64,000 nt of DNA from Thermoplasmata archaeon (GCA_034667725.1 JAXDQS010000003.1:448001-512000), one strand, 5' to 3'. Shown: positions 46,116 through 55,524, counted from the first letter of the stretch. The notes: generated by a model from the letters alone, not told the origin. Program-made: numbers and translations.

Positions 46116-46221
46116 GCCGGGCCGGCCGACGAGGGCGGGGCCGAAAAGGCTGCCTTTGTGCTTGCCCGGGCGGCAGCGGTTCGGTGGTCTCGGTACCCTC
46201 GGTGGATCCCCTCAGGACTTT

Positions 46222-46315
46222 GTGTGGAATCTGTGTCCAGTCGGCGGCGCGCGACGAGCACTGATTTCCTCAGATTCGGAAGATTCCCACAGAACTCTGT
46301 GGAATCTGTGTCCAG
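46222..46315. repeat. Repeat cluster (partial unit plus full unit 46253-46315)
   Basis: Consensus 63-bp unit lying between divergent genes. Confidence 0.92.
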
Positions 46316-46424
46316 TCGGCGGGGTTCACGGGGGGCCGGACGAGAACCCCTGAAGTGGTTCCGTGGGACTCGGCGCGTTCCAGGTTGGGCCAAGCCTCAA
46401 GCCGCCTGCCCAGGTTCCGCCGTC

Positions 46425-46886
46425 ATGCCCGCCAAGAAGGCGACGCCGGCCAAGGGCGCCACCACCCGCGTCTCCGGCGAGGGCTACACCACGGCCTCGA
46501 CCTTCAGCCCGCGCATGGCCGCCGCGTGGAAAGAGCTCGACGCCGCCGTCCGCCGCGTGTTCCCCAAGGCCGAGCCGGTGTTCGACTACGGCGTGCGGGG
46601 CTGGCGGGTGCCGCGCCCCCTCAAGGTCGAGGCGTGGAAGGGCACGATGGACCCCAACTGGCTGACCCTCTACCTGGCGGAGCGGGCGCAGGGCATCACG
46701 CTGCACTTCTGGAACCCGTGCGAGCCCGGCTTCCTCAAGCGCAAGGGCCCGGAGCTGGCGCCGCACGGGCTCAAGGCGATGGTGGGCTGCCTGCAGTTCA
46801 CGCGCAAGGGGGACTATCCCGTGCCGGTCATCGAGGGGTTGCTGCGCGAGGCGCGGGGCCAGATGGAGTCCGAGGCGCCGCGGTAG
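46425..46886 (+). CDS. Hypothetical protein (DUF1801-like)
   Basis: ELDAAVRRVFP, YG..GW, LA..AQGITLHF, MVGCLQF; CTCAAG box 29 nt upstream. Confidence 0.65.
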   Translation: MPAKKATPAKGATTRVSGEGYTTASTFSPRMAAAWKELDAAVRRVFPKAEPVFDYGVRGWRVPRPLKVEAWKGTMDPNWLTLYLAERAQGITLHFWNPCEPGFLKRKGPELAPHGLKAMVGCLQFTRKGDYPVPVIEGLLREARGQMESEAPR

Positions 46887-47237
46887 CTACACCGCGCCGA
46901 CCAGCGCCAGCACCGAGAGCAGGTTCCACACCACGACCGCCATCGAGACGCAGCCCACCACCAGCAGGCCCCAGTGCGCAGCACCGCCGCGGCCCATCGC
47001 GACCTGGCGGCCGGCGACGGCGAGGATCAGCAGCAGCCCCGCCAGCTTCGCGGCCAGGAGCGCCTCGTAGCCGTGCGCCACCAGGACGCCGGCGAGGGGG
47101 CCCAGCTCGATGGCGCCCTGCTCCAGCGCCCACGCGGTCGTGAGGACGTCGAGGTACCAGAGGCAGCCGATGGCGAGCCCCGCGATGGCGAGGCCAGCCC
47201 GCTCTGGGGCAGGCAGGTGGAGAGACTGAGTGCGCAT
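46887..47237 (-). CDS. Small membrane protein (DUF5658-like)
   Basis: LDVLTT..AL..GAIELGPL, AKL, VVVWNL. Confidence 0.75.
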   Translation of the reverse strand: MRTQSLHLPAPERAGLAIAGLAIGCLWYLDVLTTAWALEQGAIELGPLAGVLVAHGYEALLAAKLAGLLLILAVAGRQVAMGRGGAAHWGLLVVGCVSMAVVVWNLLSVLALVGAV

Positions 47238-47298
47238 GGCCCCAGGTGTGGGCGGCCGGCACGGATGCAGCCACGGGTGGCGGCAAGCGGGCTTTGTC

Positions 47299-49224
47299 CT
47301 AGGGCGCGGGCGTCACCCGGAAGGCCGCGAGCGGGGCGCCGCGCAGCTCGACCAGGCCGACGCCGGACAGCCTGCGCAGGTGGTAGACGGTGGCGCCGTA
47401 GCTGGTCTCCAGGCGGCGCGCCGCCTCCACGACGGTGATGCCGGGCTCCTGGTGCAGCAGCGCCTCCAGCCGGCACGCCAGGTCGGTCTTCAACAGGCCG
47501 TCCGTGGGGCACGCGGGCGCGGAGGCCAGGTAGACGCAGACGTAGCGGCCGGCCTTGCGCTGCCGCACCAGCCCCGCGCGCTCCAGCACTTGGAGGTGGT
47601 GCTGCAAGGCGCCGCGGCCGCACCCCGCCAGCCGGGCCAGCTCGTTGAAGTGGATGCCTGGCGCCGCCGCGAGGTGGGCGAGGATGCGCGCCCGGGTCGG
47701 CTGGTCGGCAACACTTTGCCCGCCCAGCCGCGAGAACAGCCCGACCGCCGCGGCCGGCACCGTGCGCCACAGCGCCCAAAGCGGGAACACGGCCACCCCC
47801 AGCCCGGCCAGGAGCGGATGCGGCGGCGCGACGCCGGCCAGCGGTGGCGGCGCGGGCGCGGCCGGCGGCGCGACGCGCGGCGTAGCCGTCCTCGCCACCG
47901 GCAGGGGCGAGCACGCGTCGCCCGGCCCGGCGCCGTCGAGGTCGGCCTGGTCGGCGTTGGGCGTGTCCGGGCAATTGTCGGGGAACGCGGCGACCCCCTG
48001 CTGCGCGATGCCGTCGCCGTCGCGGTCGGCGTCGCAGGCGTCGCCTTGCCGGTCGAGGTCGAGGTCCTGCTGCGCGGCGTTGGGCTCGGCGGGGCAGTTG
48101 TCGGCCTCGTCCTGGACGCCGTCGCGGTCGCTGTCGCGCACGGGCTTGGCCACCGCCGGAAGGATCAGGCTCGACGGGGCCGCGGGGACCACGGGCGCCT
48201 CGACGCAGGCCTCCGGATGCAGCACGCAGCCCTCCAGGCGGGGCGCGACGGGCTCGTGGTGCGGCGGCAGCAACGGGGCGACCGGCGACGGCGCCGACGG
48301 GCACAGGCCCGCGGCCGGCGCGAGGCATTCGGCGATGCCGTCGAACCGGAGCCGCCAGAACGCCTGGCCGTCCCACGACAGCAGCGCGGGCACCGGGTCG
48401 AACTGGCCGGGCAGGAAGGTGTACTGCCGCGTCGTCGCGTTGTAGCGCAGCAGGTTGAGGCGGTCGAAGCTCCAATGCTCGTAGGCCAGCAGGGCGCCCT
48501 CGTCGCGGGCGGTCTGCACCAGCCGGCCGCCGACCCGGTCGATGGGCAGCCACGCCGGCGTCGCCGTGCCCGGCAGCTCCTCGAAGGCGGCGCCGTCGTA
48601 GGCCAGCATGGCGTGGCCGCCGCCGGACAGGAACGCAAGCACGTGCGCCGTGGCGCCGTCCCAGATGAGGCCGCGGGCCGCGAGGAACCGCGGCGGCGCA
48701 GGGCTCGCGGGCCGGAACGCGTCGGCCGCGGCGTCGTACTGCTGCGGCGGCGCCGCCAGCGCGGCGGGCACCAGCGTCAGGCCGTTGGCGGTGGCGAAGT
48801 GCGACGGCCGCGCGTCGCCGCCCCACGGCGCCGGCGGCGCGGCAGGGCTCGCGGCGCGCGCCGCAACACAGCCGCACGACTCGCGCCACAGCAGCGCGGG
48901 CGCGCCGGGCGTGACCACGAGGAGCTCGCCGGGCGCCACGACGTGGACCGTGCCGAGGCCGGCGGCCGCGGGCAGCCGCGCGAGGCGTTCACTCGTGCCG
49001 GCGGCCGGCAGGTAGCGCTCCAGCGTGGCGTCGCCGTGGCCGTCGCAGGCTGCGCGGACGTAGTAGAACGCGCCGGCCATCCATTGGCCGTCGGCGCAGT
49101 CGTCGGGCGCGAGGCCGACGCGGCCGGTGGCTTGCACGGCCCAGACGCCGTCCGATTGCGCGTCCGCGGCCGCCACCAGCGGCACCGCGAACGCCAGCAA
49201 CAGCAGCCAAGCCCGTCCCGCCAC
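47299..49224 (-). CDS. Signal peptide, beta-rich ectodomain, thrombospondin type-3 repeats, TM helix, tandem winged HTH
   Basis: DSDRDGVQDEADNCP..N..Q.D.D.D..GDAC repeats; GLFSRL; PGIHFNEL..LQHHLQVLE; EPGITVVE..TVYHLRRL. Confidence 0.85.
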   Translation of the reverse strand: MAGRAWLLLLAFAVPLVAAADAQSDGVWAVQATGRVGLAPDDCADGQWMAGAFYYVRAACDGHGDATLERYLPAAGTSERLARLPAAAGLGTVHVVAPGELLVVTPGAPALLWRESCGCVAARAASPAAPPAPWGGDARPSHFATANGLTLVPAALAAPPQQYDAAADAFRPASPAPPRFLAARGLIWDGATAHVLAFLSGGGHAMLAYDGAAFEELPGTATPAWLPIDRVGGRLVQTARDEGALLAYEHWSFDRLNLLRYNATTRQYTFLPGQFDPVPALLSWDGQAFWRLRFDGIAECLAPAAGLCPSAPSPVAPLLPPHHEPVAPRLEGCVLHPEACVEAPVVPAAPSSLILPAVAKPVRDSDRDGVQDEADNCPAEPNAAQQDLDLDRQGDACDADRDGDGIAQQGVAAFPDNCPDTPNADQADLDGAGPGDACSPLPVARTATPRVAPPAAPAPPPLAGVAPPHPLLAGLGVAVFPLWALWRTVPAAAVGLFSRLGGQSVADQPTRARILAHLAAAPGIHFNELARLAGCGRGALQHHLQVLERAGLVRQRKAGRYVCVYLASAPACPTDGLLKTDLACRLEALLHQEPGITVVEAARRLETSYGATVYHLRRLSGVGLVELRGAPLAAFRVTPAP

Positions 49225-49318
49225 GGCCGTCTTGATCGGTCGCGGGAATAAAGGAATGGTGGGACGGTCCCTTAGCAAGCCTCAAGCAGAAAGGCTGCCT
49301 TTCCTGGGGTCGCGTCGC

Positions 49319-49345
49319 GGAAAAGAGAAGGAGGAGGGGAGGAGG
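49319..49345 (-). terminator. Pyrimidine-rich tract, putative terminator
   Basis: CCTCCTCCCCTCCTCCTTCTCTTTTCC on the minus strand just after the stop at 49350. Confidence 0.4.
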
Positions 49346-49349
49346 TCCG

Positions 49350-49634
49350 TCAATAGCAGATGGTGGCTGGAATCGTGGTCCTGATGCACGGGCCGTTCAG
49401 GCCTTCGCAGCTTCCGTCCGGGCACACGCCTTGGCACCGCTCGAGCGAGTTCTGGTTTGAACAGACCCCGACGCAGAGTTGGTAGCCGCTCGAATGAGGT
49501 CCGTAACTTCCAATGCACGAGCTGGTCGTGACGACAGCCGCCCCCGCCGTCGCGCTACCGCTGAACGCCAGCAAAGCCAGCACCAAGCTCGTCGCGCCCA
49601 GAAGCGCGCAGATTTTCGTGTTCATGGGGTTCAT
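49350..49634 (-). CDS. Small secreted Cys-rich peptide (8 Cys in the mature part)
   Basis: Signal MN(PMN)TKICALL...SATA, then C-x13-C-x3-C-x8-C-x3-C-x4-C-x6-C-x9-C. Confidence 0.7.
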   Translation of the reverse strand: MNPMNTKICALLGATSLVLALLAFSGSATAGAAVVTTSSCIGSYGPHSSGYQLCVGVCSNQNSLERCQGVCPDGSCEGLNGPCIRTTIPATICY

Positions 49635-49701
49635 CCCAACCGCTTCGGCTGGGCTTCGCCGGACCCGCTTAGGCACATATGCCGCTTTTGGCTGATCGTG
49701 G

Positions 49702-50961
49702 CTATTGCGGCTGGAGAATTTCCTTGGACGCGTCGATGGACGTCGGAAGCGCAAACTCAGGGGCCGGCTGCATCCTCGCCTTCGCCACCTTGGCCTTGTG
49801 CTGCAGGTCATCGATCGCGTTCATGTGGTTGATGAACGCCATGTAGGGCGAGTCGTAGGGGCTGAAGTAGGCGTGGATGTCGCCGTCGCCCATCCCCTTC
49901 GTGCAGGAGTAGTACAGGTGGTCGCTGGTCTGGAGGCGGCGCCACGCGTGCACCAGGTCCGCGTCGCCGGTGGCGTGGACGTCCCAGGCCATGTTCTTGA
50001 GGCGCTCGAAGCAGAGCTGCTGCATCCGGTTGCCAAGCCAGCCGCTGACGTCGCGCTCGGTGTCGGCCCACGAGATGGCGTGCGGGACCTGCAGTTCGTC
50101 GCGCGCCTCGTGGCGGCCGGCGACCTCGCTCGGGGTGGCGAACCGGAGGTGGGGGTGCTTGAGCACCTCGCCCGGCAAGTGCTCCAGGAACTGGAAGATG
50201 CCGGTCTCGGGCCATTGGTGCTCGCCGAAGGTCTCGTAGTCCATGAACAGGTTGACGGTGTCGCCCTGGGCCTGGGACAGCCAGTCGGCGAACTTGTCGG
50301 CGGTGAGGGGGAAGCCGGCCCAGCCGTGGTTGCTGAAGCGGAACGCGACGTCGTCGCTGAGGCGGTAGTTCTTCAGCAGCACCTTGAGGCCGTCGACGCC
50401 GGCGGGGCGGTAGAGGACGTTGGGGCTGCGGCTGCCGAGGATGCGCTCGGTGCCTTCGGTGAGCATCGCCTTCCACCCCATGCCGGCAACAGTGCGCGCG
50501 ATGCGGTCGTCGTACACCAGCTCGGTGTTGCGGAACACGGTGGGCTGGACGCCGAGGTGGCGTTGCAGCGCGGCGGAGTGGGCCTGGACCTGGGCCTTGA
50601 ACTCGGCCTGGTCGTCCCACAGCGAGGCCATCGAGTGGTAGTAGGTCTCGCCGAGGAACTCGACCTGGCCGGAGTCGGCGAGGTCCACGAACGACTGCAG
50701 CACGTCGGGGCGCTCGTCGGCGATCTGCTCCAGGAACACGCCGCTCAGGGAGTAGGAGGCGCGGAAGGCGCCGTCGGTCTTGCGCACCATCTCCAGGACC
50801 TGCTGGTTGGCGGGCAGGTAGCACTTGCGGCTGGCGCGGTCCAGAATCTCGCGGTTCTTGGCGCGGTCCCAGTAGTCCAGGCCCTTCGGGGCGTCGAACG
50901 ACTGGATGCGGCGCAGGCGGTGCGGCTGGTGGACCTGGAAGTAGAAGCAGACGTCGGTCAT
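49702..50961 (-). CDS. Glycoside hydrolase family 57 (alpha-amylase type)
   Basis: FQVHQP, ETYYHS, FRNTEL, LSDDVAFRF, MDYETFGEH, SWADTERD, LQTSDHLYY. Confidence 0.95.
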   Translation of the reverse strand: MTDVCFYFQVHQPHRLRRIQSFDAPKGLDYWDRAKNREILDRASRKCYLPANQQVLEMVRKTDGAFRASYSLSGVFLEQIADERPDVLQSFVDLADSGQVEFLGETYYHSMASLWDDQAEFKAQVQAHSAALQRHLGVQPTVFRNTELVYDDRIARTVAGMGWKAMLTEGTERILGSRSPNVLYRPAGVDGLKVLLKNYRLSDDVAFRFSNHGWAGFPLTADKFADWLSQAQGDTVNLFMDYETFGEHQWPETGIFQFLEHLPGEVLKHPHLRFATPSEVAGRHEARDELQVPHAISWADTERDVSGWLGNRMQQLCFERLKNMAWDVHATGDADLVHAWRRLQTSDHLYYSCTKGMGDGDIHAYFSPYDSPYMAFINHMNAIDDLQHKAKVAKARMQPAPEFALPTSIDASKEILQPQ

Positions 50962-52151
50962 TGGGTTTGGTCTCCTCGAAGGTTTCGGGCGGATCGGTAG
51001 ACGGCGAGGGTCTTGGCGCAGGACTTGTCCCAGGTGAACGAGCGGGCCTCGCGGGCGCCGTTGCGGCCGAGCTCCTCGCGCAGCTCGGGGGAGTCGAGGA
51101 GGCGGACGATCTGGTCGGCCATCTCGTCGGTGTCCCAGTACTCGGCCCGGAGCACGTGCTTGAGCGCCTCGCCGACGCCGCAGGTGCGGCTCACGATGGT
51201 CGGCAGGCCCGTGGCCATGGCCTCCAGGACGCTGATGCCGAACGGCTCGCTGACGCTGGGCAGGACGTAGACCTCGTGGCTTTCGTAGAACGCGGCCTGC
51301 TGCTCCATGTCCACGAAGCCCGTGAAGCGGACGTTGTCGGCGATGCCCTGGTCGAAGGCGTACTCGATGCACTCGCCCAGCATCTCGCCCTTGCCGGCCA
51401 CCACGAAGCGGGTGCCCGGGCGGACCTCCAGCACGCGCTTGGCGGCCTTGAGGAAGTAGAGCGGGCCCTTCTGGCGGCTCAGGCGCGACAGGAACAGCAC
51501 CGAGCCGCGGCCGTCGTGGTAGTCGCGGTCCATGCCGGGCTTGAACTTGGAGAAGTCGACGCCGTTGTGGACCGCGACCACCTTCGAGGGGTCGGCGCCG
51601 TAGGCCTTCTCGACCAGGCCCTTGGTGTAGCGGCTGACGGCGATGACGCGGTCGGCGCCGGCGACCCCGCGCCGCTCGATGTCCTCGATCCACGCCTGCG
51701 GCATGAAGCCGGCGCTGCGGTCGTGCTCGATGCTGTGCACCGTGAACACGAGCGGGATGCCGGTGCGGCGCCGCAGCTCGAGGGCGGCGGGCACGGTGAT
51801 CCAGTCGTGGCAGTGCAGCACGTCGGCGTCGAACGACTTGAACGCGTCCACCAGCCGTTCGTTGTAGAGCATGACGGCGGCGTTGAAGTTCTGCTCGTAG
51901 CGGCGCCCCTTGTCGCGGGTGGAGCCGCCGTAGGGGTCGATGGGCTCGGCCTCGACCTCGACGATGTTGAGGTGGCCGTGGTGGTCCGCGACCCGCAGGC
52001 CGTCGGCCATGGAGGGCATGTGCGGCATGTAGAAGTCGAGCTGGACGCCGATGCGGGCGAGCCCTTGGGTGAGCTCCAGGCAATGGATGCCTAGCCCGCC
52101 TGCCATGAACGGCGGAAACTCCCAGCCCAGCATCGCGACCTTCATGGGCAT
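50958..52151 (-). CDS. GT4 glycosyltransferase (putative glycogen synthase)
   Basis: MLGWEFPP..GGLG, HCHDW, QKGP, PSVSEPFGI; overlaps both neighbours. Confidence 0.92.
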   Translation of the reverse strand: MPMKVAMLGWEFPPFMAGGLGIHCLELTQGLARIGVQLDFYMPHMPSMADGLRVADHHGHLNIVEVEAEPIDPYGGSTRDKGRRYEQNFNAAVMLYNERLVDAFKSFDADVLHCHDWITVPAALELRRRTGIPLVFTVHSIEHDRSAGFMPQAWIEDIERRGVAGADRVIAVSRYTKGLVEKAYGADPSKVVAVHNGVDFSKFKPGMDRDYHDGRGSVLFLSRLSRQKGPLYFLKAAKRVLEVRPGTRFVVAGKGEMLGECIEYAFDQGIADNVRFTGFVDMEQQAAFYESHEVYVLPSVSEPFGISVLEAMATGLPTIVSRTCGVGEALKHVLRAEYWDTDEMADQIVRLLDSPELREELGRNGAREARSFTWDKSCAKTLAVYRSARNLRGDQTQ

Positions 52152-54034
52152 CAACGCGTCACAGGGATGCCGGTGGCGGTGGTGGCGCGCACCGGGCGGC
52201 GGGAGTAGGCGTTGACCGTCTCGACGAAGGTGGAGTGGCTCCAGACGAGCGGCGTGACGCTGGTGTGCTGGCCGGTGCGGGCGTCGACCTGCTCGGGCAG
52301 CAGGTCGGTCGGGGAGGCCTGCTTGGCGCACCACTCGATGAGCTCGCGCGCCCGGTCGGCGTTGCCGAGGCGGAGGTGGCACTGGGCCAGCCAGAGGGTG
52401 CAGATAATCCAGGCGTTCTCCTTGCCGTAGTAGACGTCGCCTTCGTAGCGCGCGATGCCGCCGGTGGCCTTGACCCAGAGGCGGTCCTCCACGGCCTTGA
52501 CGACCTGGGCGAAGCGCGGGTCGGTGGTGGGCACGAGGTCCATCAGAAGCGCCAGCAGCGAGGCGGCGTCGATGGTCTCGTCGCGCGGCTCGATCGACTT
52601 GACGAAGGCGTTGCGGCCGGGGTGCCAGAGCTTGGCGAGCGCGGCCTGGTGCATCCGGTGGGCGGCCTCGTTCCAGAAGTCGCTGCGCTTGGCGAGCGCC
52701 TTGCCGATGGTGGCGGCGGCCCGGAGGCCGCGGATGGTGGCGGCGACACTGTAGACGTTGATGGCCTTCTTCTCCTCCCACAGGTCGAAGGTCGGCAGCG
52801 GCAGGCCGTCGGGGCCGGCGTAGCGCATCAGGAAGTCGGCCGCGCCGCGCACCAAGGGCCACGACACCAGCAGCTGGTCGAGGTCGCCGGAGGCCTCGTA
52901 CTCCGCAAGGACGGCGTCCACGACGCTGGCGGTCTGGTCGATCTGCAGGAACGGCGGCGGGTGCCAGGTGGAGCCGAGGTTGCCGTCGGGGAGGTGGCGG
53001 TGCAGGAAGCTGCCGTCGTCCTCCTGGCAGCGCGCCGCCAGGCCGAGGAAGGCTTGCGCGTTGCGGCGCAGCCCGACCTCGCTCATGGCGCGGCTGATGT
53101 AGGCGCCGTCGCGCCACCAGCAGTAGTTGTAGGTGTCGCCGCCCGACTTCAGGGTCCGCGAGTCGGGGCTGGCGATGACGGCGCCGTCGAACGCCTGGCA
53201 TTCGCGCATGACGTAGAGGCTGCGGCGGTACACGGCGCGGGCGCGGGGCGACAGGTCGCCGGCCAGCTCGGGGACGCGGTTGCGGGCCCAGTGGTTGCCG
53301 AAGCCGACGGTCTCGGCGGTGTAGAGCTGCGGGTCGCGGTCGGCGACGTGGCGCTGGAACTCGTTGCTCTCGCGCCGGCTGCCGGCCAAGAGGACCATGA
53401 GGTGCAGGACGCGCTCCTGGCCGCCGGGCAGCTCGACGTTCCACTGCACCACCGAGTCGGCGGCGCCGTGGCTGATGCGGTTGCCCTGGAGCTTGCCGTC
53501 CTCGGCGTCGACGTAGCTGCCGGCGAGGCCCTTGAGGGTGTGCTCGCCGCACGAGACGTCGTCGAAGTCGGGGCGGCCCATCACCTGGAACCAGGTGTCG
53601 CCCTTGTAGTGGGTGACGGAGCGGCGCTCGGCGTCCCAGTACGCGGTGCCTTGGTACAGGGTGCCGCCGATGTTGAGGCTCTGGTAGTGGAACACCCGGA
53701 GCCGGCGCGGCTTGTCGCCCGGGTTCCGGACCGTGATGCGGCGGATGATGAGGTCCAGGTTCGGGTGGACCATGTCGTCGAGCGTGATGTGGACCCCGAG
53801 GCGCTGCAGCCGGGTGCGGGTGGCCCCCGACTCCTCCAGGTAGCCCATCTCCAGCGGCGCCTCGCCGCCTTGGTCCACCCAGCTGAACGAGTCGGTGTCG
53901 GCGTCGAACAGGCCGACGCGGGCCTGCTGGAGCTGCTGGTGCAGGCCGGGGCGCGGGTAGTAGAGCTGGGCCCAGCTGCCCCGTTCGTCGACGGTGAGCA
54001 GGATGCGGGAGTTGCCGGAGGTGAGGGAGATCAT
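52151..54034 (-). CDS. Glycoside hydrolase family 15 (glucoamylase-like)
   Basis: YNYCWWRDG, QIDQT, DLWEE, GIARYEGD, LPEQV, PLVWSH. Confidence 0.95.
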   Translation of the reverse strand: MISLTSGNSRILLTVDERGSWAQLYYPRPGLHQQLQQARVGLFDADTDSFSWVDQGGEAPLEMGYLEESGATRTRLQRLGVHITLDDMVHPNLDLIIRRITVRNPGDKPRRLRVFHYQSLNIGGTLYQGTAYWDAERRSVTHYKGDTWFQVMGRPDFDDVSCGEHTLKGLAGSYVDAEDGKLQGNRISHGAADSVVQWNVELPGGQERVLHLMVLLAGSRRESNEFQRHVADRDPQLYTAETVGFGNHWARNRVPELAGDLSPRARAVYRRSLYVMRECQAFDGAVIASPDSRTLKSGGDTYNYCWWRDGAYISRAMSEVGLRRNAQAFLGLAARCQEDDGSFLHRHLPDGNLGSTWHPPPFLQIDQTASVVDAVLAEYEASGDLDQLLVSWPLVRGAADFLMRYAGPDGLPLPTFDLWEEKKAINVYSVAATIRGLRAAATIGKALAKRSDFWNEAAHRMHQAALAKLWHPGRNAFVKSIEPRDETIDAASLLALLMDLVPTTDPRFAQVVKAVEDRLWVKATGGIARYEGDVYYGKENAWIICTLWLAQCHLRLGNADRARELIEWCAKQASPTDLLPEQVDARTGQHTSVTPLVWSHSTFVETVNAYSRRPVRATTATGIPVTR

Positions 54035-54073
54035 GGGGCACCGAACCTGGGAGGAAGGGATGGAGGAAGGGGA

Positions 54074-55054
54074 TCAGGCGACTTGCCGCGCCGTCGGCGG
54101 CAGCCCCGACGCGCTGGTGACGTACTTGGTCGCCACCCGGTGCGCGAGGCGCAGCCGGTCCCGGTCGGGGACCGCCAGGAGCTGGCCGGCGAGGTTGCCT
54201 GCGTTCCAGGCGTCGCCGGCGCCGGTGAGCCGGCGGCCGGGCGTCGCGGAGGCGGGGACGGTGACGGCGCCGTCGGGGCCGACGCTCGCGGCCCATTGGC
54301 GGGTGTGGACGTCGAGGCGGACGCCGAGGCGCTCGGACAGCTCGGCGGCGGCCCCCATCGGGTCGCGGCCGGCCTCGGTGCCGGCGTAGGCCGCCAGCTC
54401 GTTCTCGTTCATGCCGAACGAGCCGACGCCGCGCCACAGCGGGCCTGGGCGGACGAGCTGCTGGGCGTCGGCGGCGCGGTGGCGCGGGTCGCCGGTGTCG
54501 AGGTACACGAAGGTGCCGTGGCGGCCGAGGCGGTCGGCGACGGTGCGCAAGAGCGGGGTGCCGTGCGCGTTCTGGGACCAGTTGACGACGGCGACGGCGT
54601 CGGCCTCCTCCATGAGGGCCCAGTCCTCCTCCTGGAGGCGGCGCGGGCCGAAGTCGGCAAGCGGGCCGGCGTGGCTAAGCATGACGTTGGCGTCGGCGCA
54701 CTCCAGGCCAAGCGTGACCGAGGAGCGTTTGCCGGTGCGGACGCGGGAGGTGCCGAGCTTGGTGCCCTTGGCGGCCTGCTGCAGCAGGCGGGCGCCGAGC
54801 GCGTCGGTCTCCGCGATCAGCTCGACCTGGGCGCCGAGGCGGGCCAAGGCGAGGGCGAGGTTGGCCGCGTTGCCGCCGAGCTTGAGGTGGACGGGCCCGA
54901 TCGGCAGGTTGCCGCCGCCGCGGCCGGCGATCTCGTGGAGGCGCGCCCCCGTCTCGCCCCAGGCCGGCAGCGGTGCCAGGGCGTCGATGTAGAGGTCGGG
55001 CAGCACCACGACGCGGCGGCGGCGCAGCTTCGACAAGGGGACGGCCACGGGCAT
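54074..55054 (-). CDS. PfkB-family carbohydrate kinase
   Basis: GGNAANLA, MNENE, LTGAGDAWNAG. Confidence 0.9.
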   Translation of the reverse strand: MPVAVPLSKLRRRRVVVLPDLYIDALAPLPAWGETGARLHEIAGRGGGNLPIGPVHLKLGGNAANLALALARLGAQVELIAETDALGARLLQQAAKGTKLGTSRVRTGKRSSVTLGLECADANVMLSHAGPLADFGPRRLQEEDWALMEEADAVAVVNWSQNAHGTPLLRTVADRLGRHGTFVYLDTGDPRHRAADAQQLVRPGPLWRGVGSFGMNENELAAYAGTEAGRDPMGAAAELSERLGVRLDVHTRQWAASVGPDGAVTVPASATPGRRLTGAGDAWNAGNLAGQLLAVPDRDRLRLAHRVATKYVTSASGLPPTARQVA

Positions 55055-55057
55055 CCC

Positions 55058-55384
55058 TCACTGGCGCGGCGCGAACGGCGACTCCGGCGGCAGCAGGTAG
55101 ACGACCGCGTCGGTGCGCCAGACCTGGAAGCCGTACTCGCGGGCGTAGTCGCGCAGCAGCATCTGGTTGCGCTCCTCGGAGCGGTCGGCCTGCATCCGCA
55201 TCGACGACCGCAGGCAGCGGGGGCAGACGTGGATCTGCTCGCCGGACTGCTCGTGGGCCAATTGGACGCCGGGCTCGCCGTGGCAGCAGGCGCACGCCGG
55301 CGCCTCGCCGGGCGTCCGGGCGCGCAGCACCGGGCGCCGCGCCGCTTGGCGTTCGGCGCCGACTGTGGACGGGGGCATGGACAT
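55058..55384 (-). CDS. Small putative Zn-finger protein
   Basis: CACC and CPRC motifs; stop 3 nt before the PfkB start. Confidence 0.6.
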   Translation of the reverse strand: MSMPPSTVGAERQAARRPVLRARTPGEAPACACCHGEPGVQLAHEQSGEQIHVCPRCLRSSMRMQADRSEERNQMLLRDYAREYGFQVWRTDAVVYLLPPESPFAPRQ

Positions 55385-55524
55385 GGGGTGGCGATGGCCA
55401 CCGCGCCTCTTGAGGGGCGGGGTCGCGTCAACCATCTGGCGAAAAGAAATGTTGCCCGAGCCCCGTTTGGAATGCTGGCCGCGGAATCCGCGGGTTTTCC
55501 TGAACTACGGGGTGGAATGCGCGG

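Noticed and set aside
49702-54437. Apparent long N-terminal extensions on GH57 and GT4 (also pelota, YbhB and the ligase)
   Set aside because: The extensions are off-frame reads of neighbouring genes; the true starts lie at internal start codons, often overlapping the upstream stop.
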